Shown here: piece by piece, positions 43,139-55,300 of the stretch
Numbering within the stretch: position 1 is the stretch's first letter
Layout of the letters: every line of letters starts with the position of its first letter
Assembly (NCBI GenBank): GCA_946965045.2
Contig: OX337237.1
Coordinates: 1,488,001-1,552,000 of the forward strand
Source of the DNA: Epithemia pelagica
Lineage: Eukaryota > Protista > Bacillariophyta
Direction: 5' to 3'
DNA: 64,000 bases
Notes under the pieces: generated by a model
What the model saw: the letters and a program-made list of their open reading frames with translations, nothing else
The model's database searches: none
What the model was told of the DNA's origin: nothing
Translations under genes and position numbers: made by a program

Positions 43139-45513
43139 TCAACCAAGAAAGCGGCCTTCTCGGAGAAACGAAGCGTTTTCTCGAAGAAAATGCATCATTT
43201 CATCGGCTCCGAACGCGCACTGTCGATGAATTACAGCGTCACTAGCCAAAGAAAACACTCGTCCAGGTGGAGCTGAGGTAGCTGCTATCGTGAAAAAGCG
43301 GTTCACCAGACGAAACAGCGTTGGAAAGTTACTGGCGTTTTCCCGCCACCATTGGCGAAGGACATCAGTCTGAAGCTTGGGCTCAATGCCATCGCATTCT
43401 CTGTATTTCTTGAGTTCGACTTCACATTTGCGATTCCACTCTTCTGCATGGAACTCACCCGGATGCTTGTTGGGTGACATGCTCTGCCTATGAGCATAAA
43501 GTTTGAAAAGGCTGTCCACCTCAGCGCTACAAGCGCTTTGTCGTTCCGAAATATCGTCTTTTTCCACTTTGGACTCAGGGGACTTAGACGAAGCCACCTC
43601 CAGAGTTGGACTCAAATTTACCATCTCTTCCAGAATCCCTTCCCAAACTAGTTCTTGTATCTCGGTAGGAAATACAATAAGCCGCTTGAATCTTGGATCC
43701 AGAGCATGAGCGTACATAAGCGCTTTGTTCATGTGTACTTGACAATTTTCCGCATTGGAATTGTCATCTTGATACTTTCGGGAGCAAAAATCTCCAACTA
43801 GGCTGTCCATGCACTTGAGCATTTCACCTGTGACCCTCGTTATGACGCTTCTTTCTTTGTTGAGGTGGATCTCTTCAATACCACGGTAAACTAGGTGAAC
43901 AACCAATGGGACAAGAGGGGCAGTAGGGTAACAGTACCCGGAGAGGATATGCCGAGCATATCGTAGTGGGCTCAAAATGAGGCAAAGGTCATCAATCTGT
44001 TCCCACTCGCTCTCCGTCAACTTAACAGGCCGGAAAGAATCATCTCCGTTGCACCTTGACCATAATCGTCCCACATATATCGTAATTGCTTCTCGTAGGC
44101 CAAGAATGTGTTCCAGCATCGTCTGCAAAGGCCACCACTTGTGGGTGACATCCTGTACTAGATAGTCCAACGGTTTGTCGTCGGTGTCATCAGACTCCTG
44201 CAGTTGCTCTTTTATCTTCAAAAGTTCATTTTTGGCTTCGATACATTCATGGAAGTAGGACATAAGTTCCCGAACTTTGCTTAGGAGGCGATTGGTACTA
44301 TCCCAAGTATACTCTTGCTCGTCGTCATTGTCACATTCTATCAAACCCAGGCCCTCCATCCCCAGTACGCCCTGAAATGCCTTGGCTGCAACTTGTTGGA
44401 GTATGTAGTCAAGAGAATAAACATGTCCGTATTTTGACGACTTCATATAATGATTCCCCAGCGTAGGATTGTTCGTAACCAAGAACTTCATGGAAGCGCT
44501 CACGTCCCATTCAAGAAGTTTGGTATCAAAATCTTCTTTCCTATGCTGGCCCTTAGACACGAGCGTTACCAGAACGGCTGAAACGAGCGAGAAGTCTTCA
44601 ATCCACTGGACCCGAAATGTCGAGTATGTCATCATAGGGTTGGGCATATAACTTTCAATGACGCCACAAATAATCTTGTTCTCTGTAATCCGATCCTTTA
44701 ACTCTTCTCGAAGGGTTTTGGACGCTGAAAAGATTGTCCTTCGCATTTCCTGGTTCGAGATCTGCAAATCTGATACAGTGGCCCCTGCATGTGCAGCTTT
44801 CACTGTTGTTTCAACCAGAAGTTTGTGCCATTTCGTCTCAAAGTGCGTAAGAGGCAAGTTCAGCCCAACCATTTGCAAAATATGGGCTCTTGTTTGCATA
44901 TCGGCGGAGCTGAGTTTTCGAGACTTTACCGAAGTTGAGGTCGTTTTCGAATCCTTTGAGGGTTGCGACTGTTTCATTTTTCGAACTTTTTGGTCATCAT
45001 CACGCAGGTCTTTCGACGATTTCGCCCCGACATGAAGCCCGAACGGTCGTTTCTTCACGTTGTTCGTATCGCTGGTTAAGGAGGTATCTCCATGCTGTTT
45101 CTCGATCTCCTCGAGCTTCGCTTTAATCTCAGGGTGCTTATGAGAAAGATGAGCGGTAATCGCACTGACCGATCCCGACAGCTTCAGATCACGTCCACAT
45201 ATGTTACAAATGAACATCTACGAGGAAAACGATTAGGATTAAGTGTTCACGTCTTTCATATGCACCTTGAGAGTAGTCAACTTGTGTCCGTCTCCCAAAT
45301 CTGGAGAGGAATGACTTGACCTACCTCGCATCCATCATGTGAAACGTACGTATGAGCAGCTTTCCACTGTATGGCCATTCGTCGTTTGCTAGGTACAACG
45401 ATTTCGACAATCGCAGGGTCCCATTTGGAGTGCAGGACAGTAATATCTTTTTCACCCGTTTCTCCATTTTCCTCAATCACTGTGAGGCCTAATGGCTCAC
45501 GCTCCTTGGACAT
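43139..45513 (-). CDS. hAT transposase-derived gene (BED finger + hAT core + dimerisation domain) with catalytic residues substituted; intron 45218-45324
   Basis: Exon 45513-45325 splices (GAG|gtaggt...tag|ATG) to FICNICG...AITAHLSHKH (BED). Core DVTHKWWP, ALDPRFK and WWRENASNFPTL...ATSAPPGRVFS. Confidence 0.8.
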
Positions 45514-45649
45514 GTTGTCTCTGTTTCTTCCCCCCTTCTTAATGCTGAACCTTAGCCATTCACCGCCATCGTCGTCCTGCCGTTGGAAAAAAGGAGAGTG
45601 CTTTTAATACGCCCAAGCGTGCGTACACAAATTACCCCACATCAATGAT

Positions 45650-48600
45650 TTGTATATTTCTTCTTTACAGTTTCAGACGCCTGGAAGTACCAGATCAGAG
45701 ATCTTCAGTCGCACAACTTTGCATGGGGAAGGGAAAGGAAGGGACGGGGCGCAAGCAGACCAAAATGTCACGCAGTCGCGTTTTGAGATCCCAGCGAGCG
45801 ACATCGAATATCCTGACGTCGCAGAGAACAGCAACATCCAAGGAAACGAAACCCAATATAAAACAGATGAGTTCATCGGACCGGAAACAGACGATATAAA
45901 ACCACAAAATACCTTCAGAGTCTTTGGTTGCAATCCTAATGGATTCAAGACTTTGCTACACAGCGGAGGTACTTTCGCGGAATACTGTGAAGAATTGAGT
46001 CGACTAGACGCCGACACATGGTGTTTCTATGAGACAAATCTTGATACAACTCAGTCCCAAGTTCAAAATGCACTCCATACAACAATACAGCAACATACAG
46101 AGCACTCAAGAATATGTTTCGGGAGTACCAATATTCCATCCCCGCGTAATACTCCATATAAACCAGGCGGGACCTTGATAGCGTCACAAGGCAAGTCCAC
46201 TGGAAGAATCACAACTCAGGGCACTGACAGCATGGGCCGGTGGTCCTACCAAGTCTTTTCATGCCGCGGCAACAAGACACTTACAATTATCTCAGCCTAC
46301 CAAGTATGTCATCAATCCCTACTGACTGCGGGAGAAGAAGACAACAACAGAGTTCGATCATTTACAGCGTCGGCGCAACAACTGTCTATGCTACGTCAAG
46401 CAAATAGAGGAGCAAACCCAAGGGAAGCATTTATCTTGGATCTGACTGACTTCATCAGACAATGCAGAGCTCGCAACTCTGAAATTTTGCTGGTAGGAGA
46501 TTTCAACGAAGCCTTGTCAGACACAAACGACGGCATGACAAAACTTTGTTCTGAGCTTCAATTGCATGACTTGATGGGAGAACAACTCGGCTCCACTTCC
46601 TTTGCAACATTCGTAAACGGTCGTGAACGTATCGATTACGCTCTCTGCACACCGCACGTTTCCACCGCAGTCACAAAAGCTTGCTATGAACCCTTCAAAC
46701 ACCGAGATATACCAAACGACCACCGGAATATGGTCATTGACTTCAATATCGAGCGTCTATTCGGGAATAGTACCCAACAACTTGGTCCGATTGCCAGCCG
46801 AGAATTCACAAGCAAAGACAGGAGCTCGAACAGAGTTTATATCGAACAGAAGTACAAGTTCTGCGTACAACATAACTTTGCTCGCAGACTCGATTCTCTC
46901 AAGGAAAATTGGAACCCACGATTGGCCGAAAGACTGGACAGAGACTTCCAGAGAGCTGGAGAACACGCAAGTCGCAAGTGCGCTAAAAAACCACGCAGCA
47001 TTCCTTTTGTCAAACAGCTGGCTAGCTTGAGAACTCGCAAAAACCTGCTTCTCAAACTGATTTCTGCTGCAAAATGGAACAAGTCATTCGACTCTGGAAT
47101 TTTATACACAACACGAAACCAGTCAGTTGTAAACGTCCCAACAACATTAGAAGCATGCCAACAAGAATGTCGGATCGTCCAACGCCAAATCCGGGAAATG
47201 ACTAAAGACGCAGTTCATCGCCGGCACAACGCATTACAAGCAGAGCTTAACCAAGCCATTGCCTCTGGTAACAAACAACAATCAAAAGCGCTTAAACACC
47301 GAATGGCTGCAGAGCGTACCAAAGCCATGTATGCAAAATTGAGGCAATGTAGAGGCAATTTGAAGACCGGAATTACTCGACTAGATGTCCCAGCTGATCC
47401 CACTACGACAGACTACACAGGGTGCACGGAATGGCTGACAATTGATACTCCTGAAGAAATCGAGGATAGATTGTTGACAAGAAACAGACGACACTTTGGA
47501 CAAGCCCATAACACCTTCCCCACGACGCCACCCTTCTCCGAATGGTGTGACTGGGGAGCCTCAACGCACACAGCTGAGCTCATACTTGAAGGCGACTGGC
47601 AAAGCGAAGAACTTGACGAAATGCAACAGTCGCTTATAGATCACATGAAGGCACGAGTGACTCTCGACGCGATTCCAGCTCCGATCACCAAAGAAGAGTG
47701 GATGAGCAAAATCAAAATATGGCCCGAATCAACAACTACCTCCCCATCCGGTTTCCATTTAGGGCACAGCAAAGCACTAGTTGCCCCTCATGATTTTGAT
47801 ACGACAACCGAAGAAGGACAAGAAGTAGAAGCAAAACGAGAAGCTCTGATCGAATGGCAAGTCGGCCTTATAAACTGTGCTCTCGTCAACAACTACTCCT
47901 ACGAAAGATGGAAGCACATGGTCAATGTGATGATCCTAAAAGAGCCCAACAATCTACGTATTCACCGTCTTCGTTTCATTCATCTCTACGAACAAGATTA
48001 CAACCTTGTCCTAGCGATCAAATGGAGGCAACTCATCCAATTAGGCACCAATCAACGGACACTGCACCCAATGCAATTTGGAGGAGTTCCAGGCCGTGAT
48101 GCCGTCATCCCAACACTATGCGAAGAACTACAATACGAAATATCACGGGCTAGCAAACGCCCATTGGTTCATCTTGACTACGACGCGACAGCGTGTTATG
48201 ACCGCATTGTTCTTTCCTTCGATAGTCTCGCTTCTAGAAGCTTCGGTCAACATCGCTCTATTGTGTTTGTCAACGCTAAAACACTAGAGGAAGCGAAATA
48301 TTATCTCAAAACAAAACTCGGCGTATCAGAACGCCACTACCAGCACTGTCAACTTTTTCCAATCTACGGGTCCGGGCAAGGAGCAGGAAACTCTCCAGCT
48401 ATTTGGTGTGTCATCTCGACAATTCTCTTCGACACCAACGACGAAAAAGCGCTCGGCAGCGTCTTTCATAGCCCCGATGGTTCTGTATCAACTGCAATCC
48501 ACATGATCGGATTCGTAGACGACACCAGTGGAAGCGTGAACGATTTTCTTCGAGACAGTCAAGCACCACCTGAGTACTATATCGAGAAAGCTCAAAGCGA

Positions 48601-50454
48601 CGCTCAGCGATGGAACGACCTACTCAGCCTATCCGGCGGTGCTTTCAATGTCGAAAAATGTTCTTATCACTTTCTCTATTATACATTCAACATCGACGGA
48701 CTTGCAACACTACAACCCGACTCCTTCGGACCACGGATTACCATCAAGCTTCACGACTCTGATCAGGCTACTCCCATCAAACAACTTTCTTTGTATCGCA
48801 GCCACAAAACATTGGGCGTGCAAAAATCTCCTTTCTGTACGGATAAAGGTCTGTTCCTTGCCCTTGCCAAGAAGAATCAAAAACATGCTTCAGTCATGGC
48901 TACTAGTCCGTTTTCGAAAACGGACGCCTGGGCTTACTATCATGCAATTTACTTACCGAGCATATGCTACCCACTTCCTTCTTCCACTCTGTCCGATGCA
49001 CATTGTAATGCTTTGCAAGTGCAATTCAAAAAAGCTTTTTTACCCAAATACGGCTTCAATCGACATATGCCAAATGCCGTTGTCTACGGACCCAGTGATC
49101 TTGGAGGCCTTGGACTTCGTACACTCTCTGTCGAAAGGGGAATCTCCCAGACCTATCTTCTACTGGCATGTCTTCGCTCTCCTGGCGTCCCTGCCAAGTT
49201 AGCCAATATCGCCATCTCTTGGGCACAGTTTCTTGCTGGTACTAGCGTGTCTGTTTTCGAGGACGTCTCAACTCCGATACCATATCTTGCTCCGATGAAA
49301 TGGATCCCCCAAGTACGACAGTTCCTTCACTCAACAAACTGCCACATTGAACTCGAAGCTACGTTCCTCCCCAAACTTCAACGAGAGAATGACCGATTCC
49401 TTATGGATCTTGTACTTGAGTCACTGACTCTTACCTCGATGGAACTCCAGATGCTGAACGCTTGTCGCATGTACCTGGGTGTCACCTTACTCAGTGATAT
49501 AGTTACTCCTGATGGCAAGAAACTGTCGCTATTCACCACAGAATATCGTCACGATAACTTTTCAACCCATCACGGCTTGATTCCGTATCAAACAAAGCCC
49601 AGCTCTCGAGCGTGGAATCAATGGCACAAATTGCTAGAACTTCTTCGACAACCAAGCACTCAATTTCTCCTAGCGACTCCCCTTAGTCGATGGCTCGTTC
49701 CAGGCCATGAAACATACCGCCATTGGAAATACTTGGTCGACTGCCCCAGCTGTACACTTTACGTCTCCGAACAGGAAGGGTACCGCCATTACTGGTATCA
49801 ACACCCGCTATTTCTTCCTACGTCTCAGATGTGGCCAAAACCTCCCCCCACTGCTGTTCCCGCTCATGTGATTCAAAACGGCCCCGGATTCTTCTTGTCA
49901 CCATGCCGCCCACAGCAACTGCCTCCCACACCATCTTCTCCGAACTCATTTCTTGAGTACACAGCTAGTCTTGCCAGATGGGACCAACAGCTTCTCTCCC
50001 AACTTGACTTCCTTTGTCCGACTGCTGCGATACATCTTGTTTTCCAAACAACAAACCGCCTTCTCTTCTGTAGTGACGGCTCAGCTGCTCTTTTCACCGG
50101 CAAGTTCGGCTCCATCTGCAGCACTCCTCATGGTCAACGCCTGTTCCATCTTCGCGGTCCGGCTCCCGGGTACAGAACCTCGTCTTTTCGCTCTGAGAGT
50201 TATGGTATGCTTGCGATTCTACGAAGCATTTTTCACATCACCAAGTTTCTCGGTCTCCACCTCCAGTCCCAACTTCTTCTCTATACAGACTCGAAAAGTC
50301 TAATTCAAACTGTCAAGAAACGTCTCGAATGGGCATACGACTTCCCATACTCGACTATGGAAGCAGATTGGGATATCCAACAATCCATCACGTACACCCT
50401 CCGCCAATTTCCTGTGATTCCACAGTTTCTTCATGAACGTGGACACCAAGACAG
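45650..50454 (+). mobile_element. Non-LTR retrotransposon ORF, 5' part: APE endonuclease, reverse transcriptase, most of RNase H (diatom Ambal-like architecture)
   Basis: APE: CNPNG, FYETN, YKPGGT, SAYQV, LVGDFN, RIDY, NDHR. RT: DATACYDRI, GSGQG, GFVDD. RNase H: CSDGS, SFRSESYG, YTDSKS, HERGHQD. The true 5' boundary is uncertain. Confidence 0.92.
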
Positions 50455-51238
50455 TGTTAGAATTCTCACCGTCTATGGTGGTTAGATTCTACATCTCATC
50501 GATTCCCCATGTCACATAGCCTCGTGCTATCGCAGCATGCCATCTAGCTTCGAGCTATGTTCCCTAGCTTCGCTCTATATCGACCTATATTTCTTCGCAA
50601 ATCATGAAAAGTGAGAATAGATTGACGAACTCACTCTCAAGACTAAACTGGGTCGTGCGGTATTACAACGGACGTAAATTTGGCCGTTGCTCGGACATTA
50701 TACTAACGCCCTAAGCGTACGCGCCCGAAATCATCGAGCGCGCCCAAGCGACATCCGAGCGCTGTCGGCATCTATCCGACCCAACGGTCTAAGTATCCCA
50801 AGCACGACACACGATCACGCGAGACCATATTTCCATTCCCACAATCTCCAAATTGTCAACAAGCTGCGCGCCATGAAAACAACTATGCCAATCCAAAGCA
50901 AGAGCTGTTGACCCTGTATATGTTATCCGTCCACGTATACATGTCATATACATCACATGAATCGACTCCAACTATTCCAAACCTGTTGCCGCCAAGAACC
51001 TATGACACATGACCCTTGGCAGGACCGAACATTTCACGTAGACCTATCGTAGTAATCAACACACAATCTAACAATATCACCATTTATCACAGTCTCTTTT
51101 GTGTCCCGACTATCCTTTTGATAGACTTTGACTTGCTTGCTTCTCTGACCCTGAGAAGCTTGTATCGGTTGGTGACTACCTGATTGTCTGCTCTATCGAG
51201 CATCCTAATGCCTCTACGATTCAGAAAGAATTGTATCA
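50455..51238 (+). repeat. 5' LTR (784 bp)
   Basis: TGTTAGAATTC...TTGTATCA; 7 substitutions versus the 3' LTR counted by eye (~99% identity). Confidence 0.96.
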
Positions 51239-51249
51239 GATTAACAGTC
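51239..51249 (+). other. Putative primer-binding site complementary to the tRNA-Asn(GUU) anticodon arm
   Basis: GATTAACAGTC directly follows the LTR. Its reverse complement GACTGTTAATC is a GUU anticodon stem-loop sequence. Confidence 0.5.
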
Positions 51250-51274
51250 TCAAAGCTTATTTCCTTGTGGTTTC

Positions 51275-52054
51275 ATGGATACTAACGAGCTTATCACTCC
51301 TGTACGACAGATCTATCGAGCCAACCTGCATCCTGGGCAGCCCGATACCCTGGTGCAGCAGGAACTGGTGCCGATGCCGAAGGCAGCCAACACATCGGTC
51401 AACATCTCCGTCGACAGTTCCAACAGCAACCCATTCGAGACTCCAACCCAGCCTCACGCTCCGATCCCTGCGCCGTTGCTTCGGCCCCCGAGTCCGCCTC
51501 GTCGGCTTGTCCCTTCTCGATCCCGTCGTACCACCCGGTTGATTGCTGATCATATCAAGTACTTCCGTCAACCAACTTGTTCGACCTTCGATCCCGAGAT
51601 CATCCGTGGGGAGACCCAGATCGAACGCCAGTTCCAATCGGTGACCCACATCGTCGACCAAGAAGACATTGACCGTCTGAACGACCAACTTCATCGTTCT
51701 CCGAGGCGTCGCCTCATCTTGGCCGCCCTCTCGGGCAACCCCATCCGTACTGTCCACCTCCGCTTCCTAACCTTCGAGCGCCCAACTGGATACTACAATA
51801 CCATGTACGTCGTGAACGCGACGACTTGCCCTCTGCCTCCTAACGTTGTACGCCTAGATAACTACGTTGCCTACATCCACGAGGTCCATACCATCGAGGA
51901 CCATCGTGCAACTATCTTCCCTTTGCGTACCGAGGTCGAGAACCACTTGGCTGAAGGTGATACCCCTTCTTCTGTTGCTTGTGCTGCCCCATCTGAGCCT
52001 GGAAACGACTCTGATTATTCGGAAGAGAGTGGGGATTCGGAGACCGAAGCTTAA
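51275..52054 (+). CDS. Extra ORF (259 aa, unknown function) inside the copia element upstream of gag
   Basis: ATG 36 bp after the 5' LTR; uninterrupted; Pro-rich N-terminus, apparently globular middle, acidic tail; many C-ending codons. Confidence 0.6.
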   Translation: MDTNELITPVRQIYRANLHPGQPDTLVQQELVPMPKAANTSVNISVDSSNSNPFETPTQPHAPIPAPLLRPPSPPRRLVPSRSRRTTRLIADHIKYFRQPTCSTFDPEIIRGETQIERQFQSVTHIVDQEDIDRLNDQLHRSPRRRLILAALSGNPIRTVHLRFLTFERPTGYYNTMYVVNATTCPLPPNVVRLDNYVAYIHEVHTIEDHRATIFPLRTEVENHLAEGDTPSSVACAAPSEPGNDSDYSEESGDSETEA

Positions 52055-52374
52055 TTACTCATAGTTAACTCCCGTCCTCTCAAAACCTTTCCAAGACTTA
52101 AACTCAACGCACATCCGGGTACCCTTGGTCGCACAACACGCCACACATTCCCGTCAAATCGCGGAAATTCGGCGAAAATTTGTTGAAACTCGGCGAAAAT
52201 TTGTCGGAATCAACGGAAATTTCCAGGAGTCGCACATCACAACAAACATCCGGGTATCACATACGTGGTACATACGTGGCACACGTGGTACATCCGGGTT
52301 CACATCACATCACACATTAAATAAACCACATCACACCGCACATTAAATAAACATCGAACCAACCAAATAACACC

Positions 52375-55300
52375 ATGGATCCTCAATCACCCAAGACACC
52401 TACGACTCCTAAGGGAGAAGATAACCAAGACAATGTCTCGAACACAGACCTATTCGACCACATCATATTTACTGTCTGCCAATTCTTTACCAAAGAAAGG
52501 GCCGACTACTTAATGAGGTGGATGAAATACCATGGTTTTGGGAACATTACCCATGTTATCTCGTATATGCAAACTAATACCGAGGAATCCATGAACGAAC
52601 TGACACAATACAAGGTCAACAAACAGACACATGATCTACAAGGCCCCACAAGACAGCAGATCAAGCTCTTGGCTTATTGGGCCATATACAAGACCAATGA
52701 AATTCAAGACGAGCTATCCAATAGCGACTGGATGAACCTAACGAGGAAAGAGTTCAACACTTGGAGGATCAACACAGATTTATCTAAGGGACCACCTAGC
52801 CAAGTTCCAGTCTCGCCAATGAAGTCACCGTCATCTGTGAAATCTGTCAGCACAGTTACTGCCGCATCCCAATCTCAACAAGACCTTACAGCATTCAGAA
52901 AGGGAACTAAGCGCGACGCAACTGCATATGAGGTATTCAAGGATGAACGATACTACGATTCATTCTGGCGTGTATTCAAGACTACAGCTAAGGCTCAAGG
53001 CCTATCCAACGTCCTGAATTTCAAATACACACCACCCCATGATGATGAGTATGCCGAAGAAATTTTCAAGAGCAACAAGTATTTCTTTACTCCGTTCTTG
53101 TCCGTATCATTCAGACTGACCAAGGTCGAGCCTATGTACGTGAACATGAACATGATGAAGATGCGCGTGCCGTATTGCAGAAGTTACACTCTTTGCATAC
53201 CGAATCCGACCTAGCAAAACGAGAAGTCCTCCGTTTAACCAACTACATTTCCAATCTACGTCTTGACGACACATGGCGCGGAACAACACATCAATTTCTT
53301 CTACACTTTCAAGAGCAGCTACGTTTGCTAGACAATCTAGTGACATTGTCTGATCGCATCCCTGATCATACCAGGACGACCTTCCTCATGCAAGCTGTAG
53401 AAAAGGTACCTGATCTCCGCCGAGTCAAGATCTTGGATAATGTGGTGAACACCAAATCCGGTGCAAAATCCCTTTGCTATCAATCATACTTCCGTCTCCT
53501 TCTAGACGCAGCTTATGACCATGATCAAGCAACCCAGTCATCTGTTCATAGTCGCTGTCGACATGTCAAACAACATGAATCACTATATGGCCAAGATACA
53601 GATGCTGACATAACCTCACAAGATGATATGGAGTATCATGTCCACAACACCAAAGCGACATCTGAATCTCCATCCTCTTCGTCCAAGGTTAGTCTACCGC
53701 GTGACCTATGGTTCAAACTTTCTGAAGAAGATCGCAAGTTGATCATTGAGTATAACAAGATGATTCAAGCACCTTCATCAACAACACCGAGGAAAGTGCA
53801 AACACATGCCCTCGACATTGATCCCGAACCTGATCCTGACCCCAACCAAGTTGCATCTGATGACGACTCACCTGGCGTAGTCCCTGAGCATCCAGATGAT
53901 TCAGATCCGGTTACACAATTTATCAACCAAGCCATGACAACTGATATCAATCACCCGGCAACTGACCTGACTAGTGTTCTTTCTAACGCCAAGTCCAAGA
54001 CGAGCAAGAAGGTTACTTTCAAAGCCAACATGCATAAACAAGCAGGACATGTTCCACGCTATTTGTTTTCCAGGAAATCTACTTTACCAGGAAATCAATT
54101 GATTGACCGTGGTGCTAATGGAGGACTTGCTGGTTCTGACATGCGCATCCTTTCTAAGACTGGCCGCCATATCACTATTGTGGGTATTGATAACCATGAA
54201 CTTACTGGACTTCCTGTCGTCACATGTGCCGCAAAGTTTGAGACCAATGATGGACCTATTGTCGGCATCTTCAATGAATATGCTTATTATGGAAAGGGCT
54301 TATCTATCCATGCTCCTGGTCAATTCGAGCATTTTGGACTTGCTGTTGATGAACGATCTGTTAAAGTTGATGGTAAACAACGCATCACTACACTTGATGG
54401 TCGTGCTATACCCCTTCACATCAAGGATGGGTTAGCCTACATCCACTCCTTGGGTATCCCCAGCGACGATGACATGAATACCTTACCTCAGATCATCTTC
54501 ACGTCACCCGACACATGGGATCCTGGTGTTCTGGACCATTCGTATTCTCCCACACCCTCTGACAATGATCCTGATTGGAAACACGTCAAGACTGATGGTA
54601 GTATGTCGAACCATCCATATGACAACTATGGGGAGTACACTGATCGTGTTGTTTGTAACCTCAATCTCCTTTTGGATCTCCCATACGATCATGGACCTGA
54701 CGACGCACCCTTCTTTTCTATCTATGCTGACGCAGAAGGTAATGATCCTACACTTCATGCCTCTGTCCACCGTCGTTACCAGGAAGCGTATGACTGGAAG
54801 AAGTTCCGTCCATTCTTTGGTTGGCAATCTGAAGATGTTATTGCTGATACGTTCAAGCACACTACACGTAATGGTAGCATTACTTTTGACCACGACACCC
54901 TCAAGAAACATTTCAAGGCTCGCAATCCGGTCCTTAATATACCTCGACATCATAAACCCGTTGCTACTGACTCGGTTTTCTCCGACACCCCTGCTGTTGA
55001 CCATGGCGGTAAAGTCGCACAAATCTTTGTTGGTCGAGATACTCTGGTTACTGATATCTATGGGATCAAGTCAACCAAACAGTTTGTCAATACTCTTCAG
55101 GACAACATCCGGTTTTGTGGTGCCATGGAGACTCTTATCAGTGATGGTGGTTCATCTCTCATCTCTCAAAAGGTCAAAGACATTCTTTGCACTTTGCTTA
55201 TTGGGGAGTATCGATCCGAACCTTATCATCAACACCAGAATAAGGCTGAAAACCGTTACCAGACCGTCAAACGTATGACCAACGCTCTCATGAATGCCAC

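Noticed and set aside
50687-50911. Identical 74-aa ORFs in both LTRs (also 58286-58510)
   Set aside because: A consequence of LTR identity; starts at TTG and has no coding signature.
51257-51757. 166-aa antisense ORF in the copia leader
   Set aside because: Best explained as a shadow of the C-rich sense ORF 51275-52054.
53060-53090. Programmed gag-pol frameshift
   Set aside because: The shift is mid-gag, no slippery heptamer was seen, and two more identical-type deletions occur in pol; mutation or assembly error is more likely.
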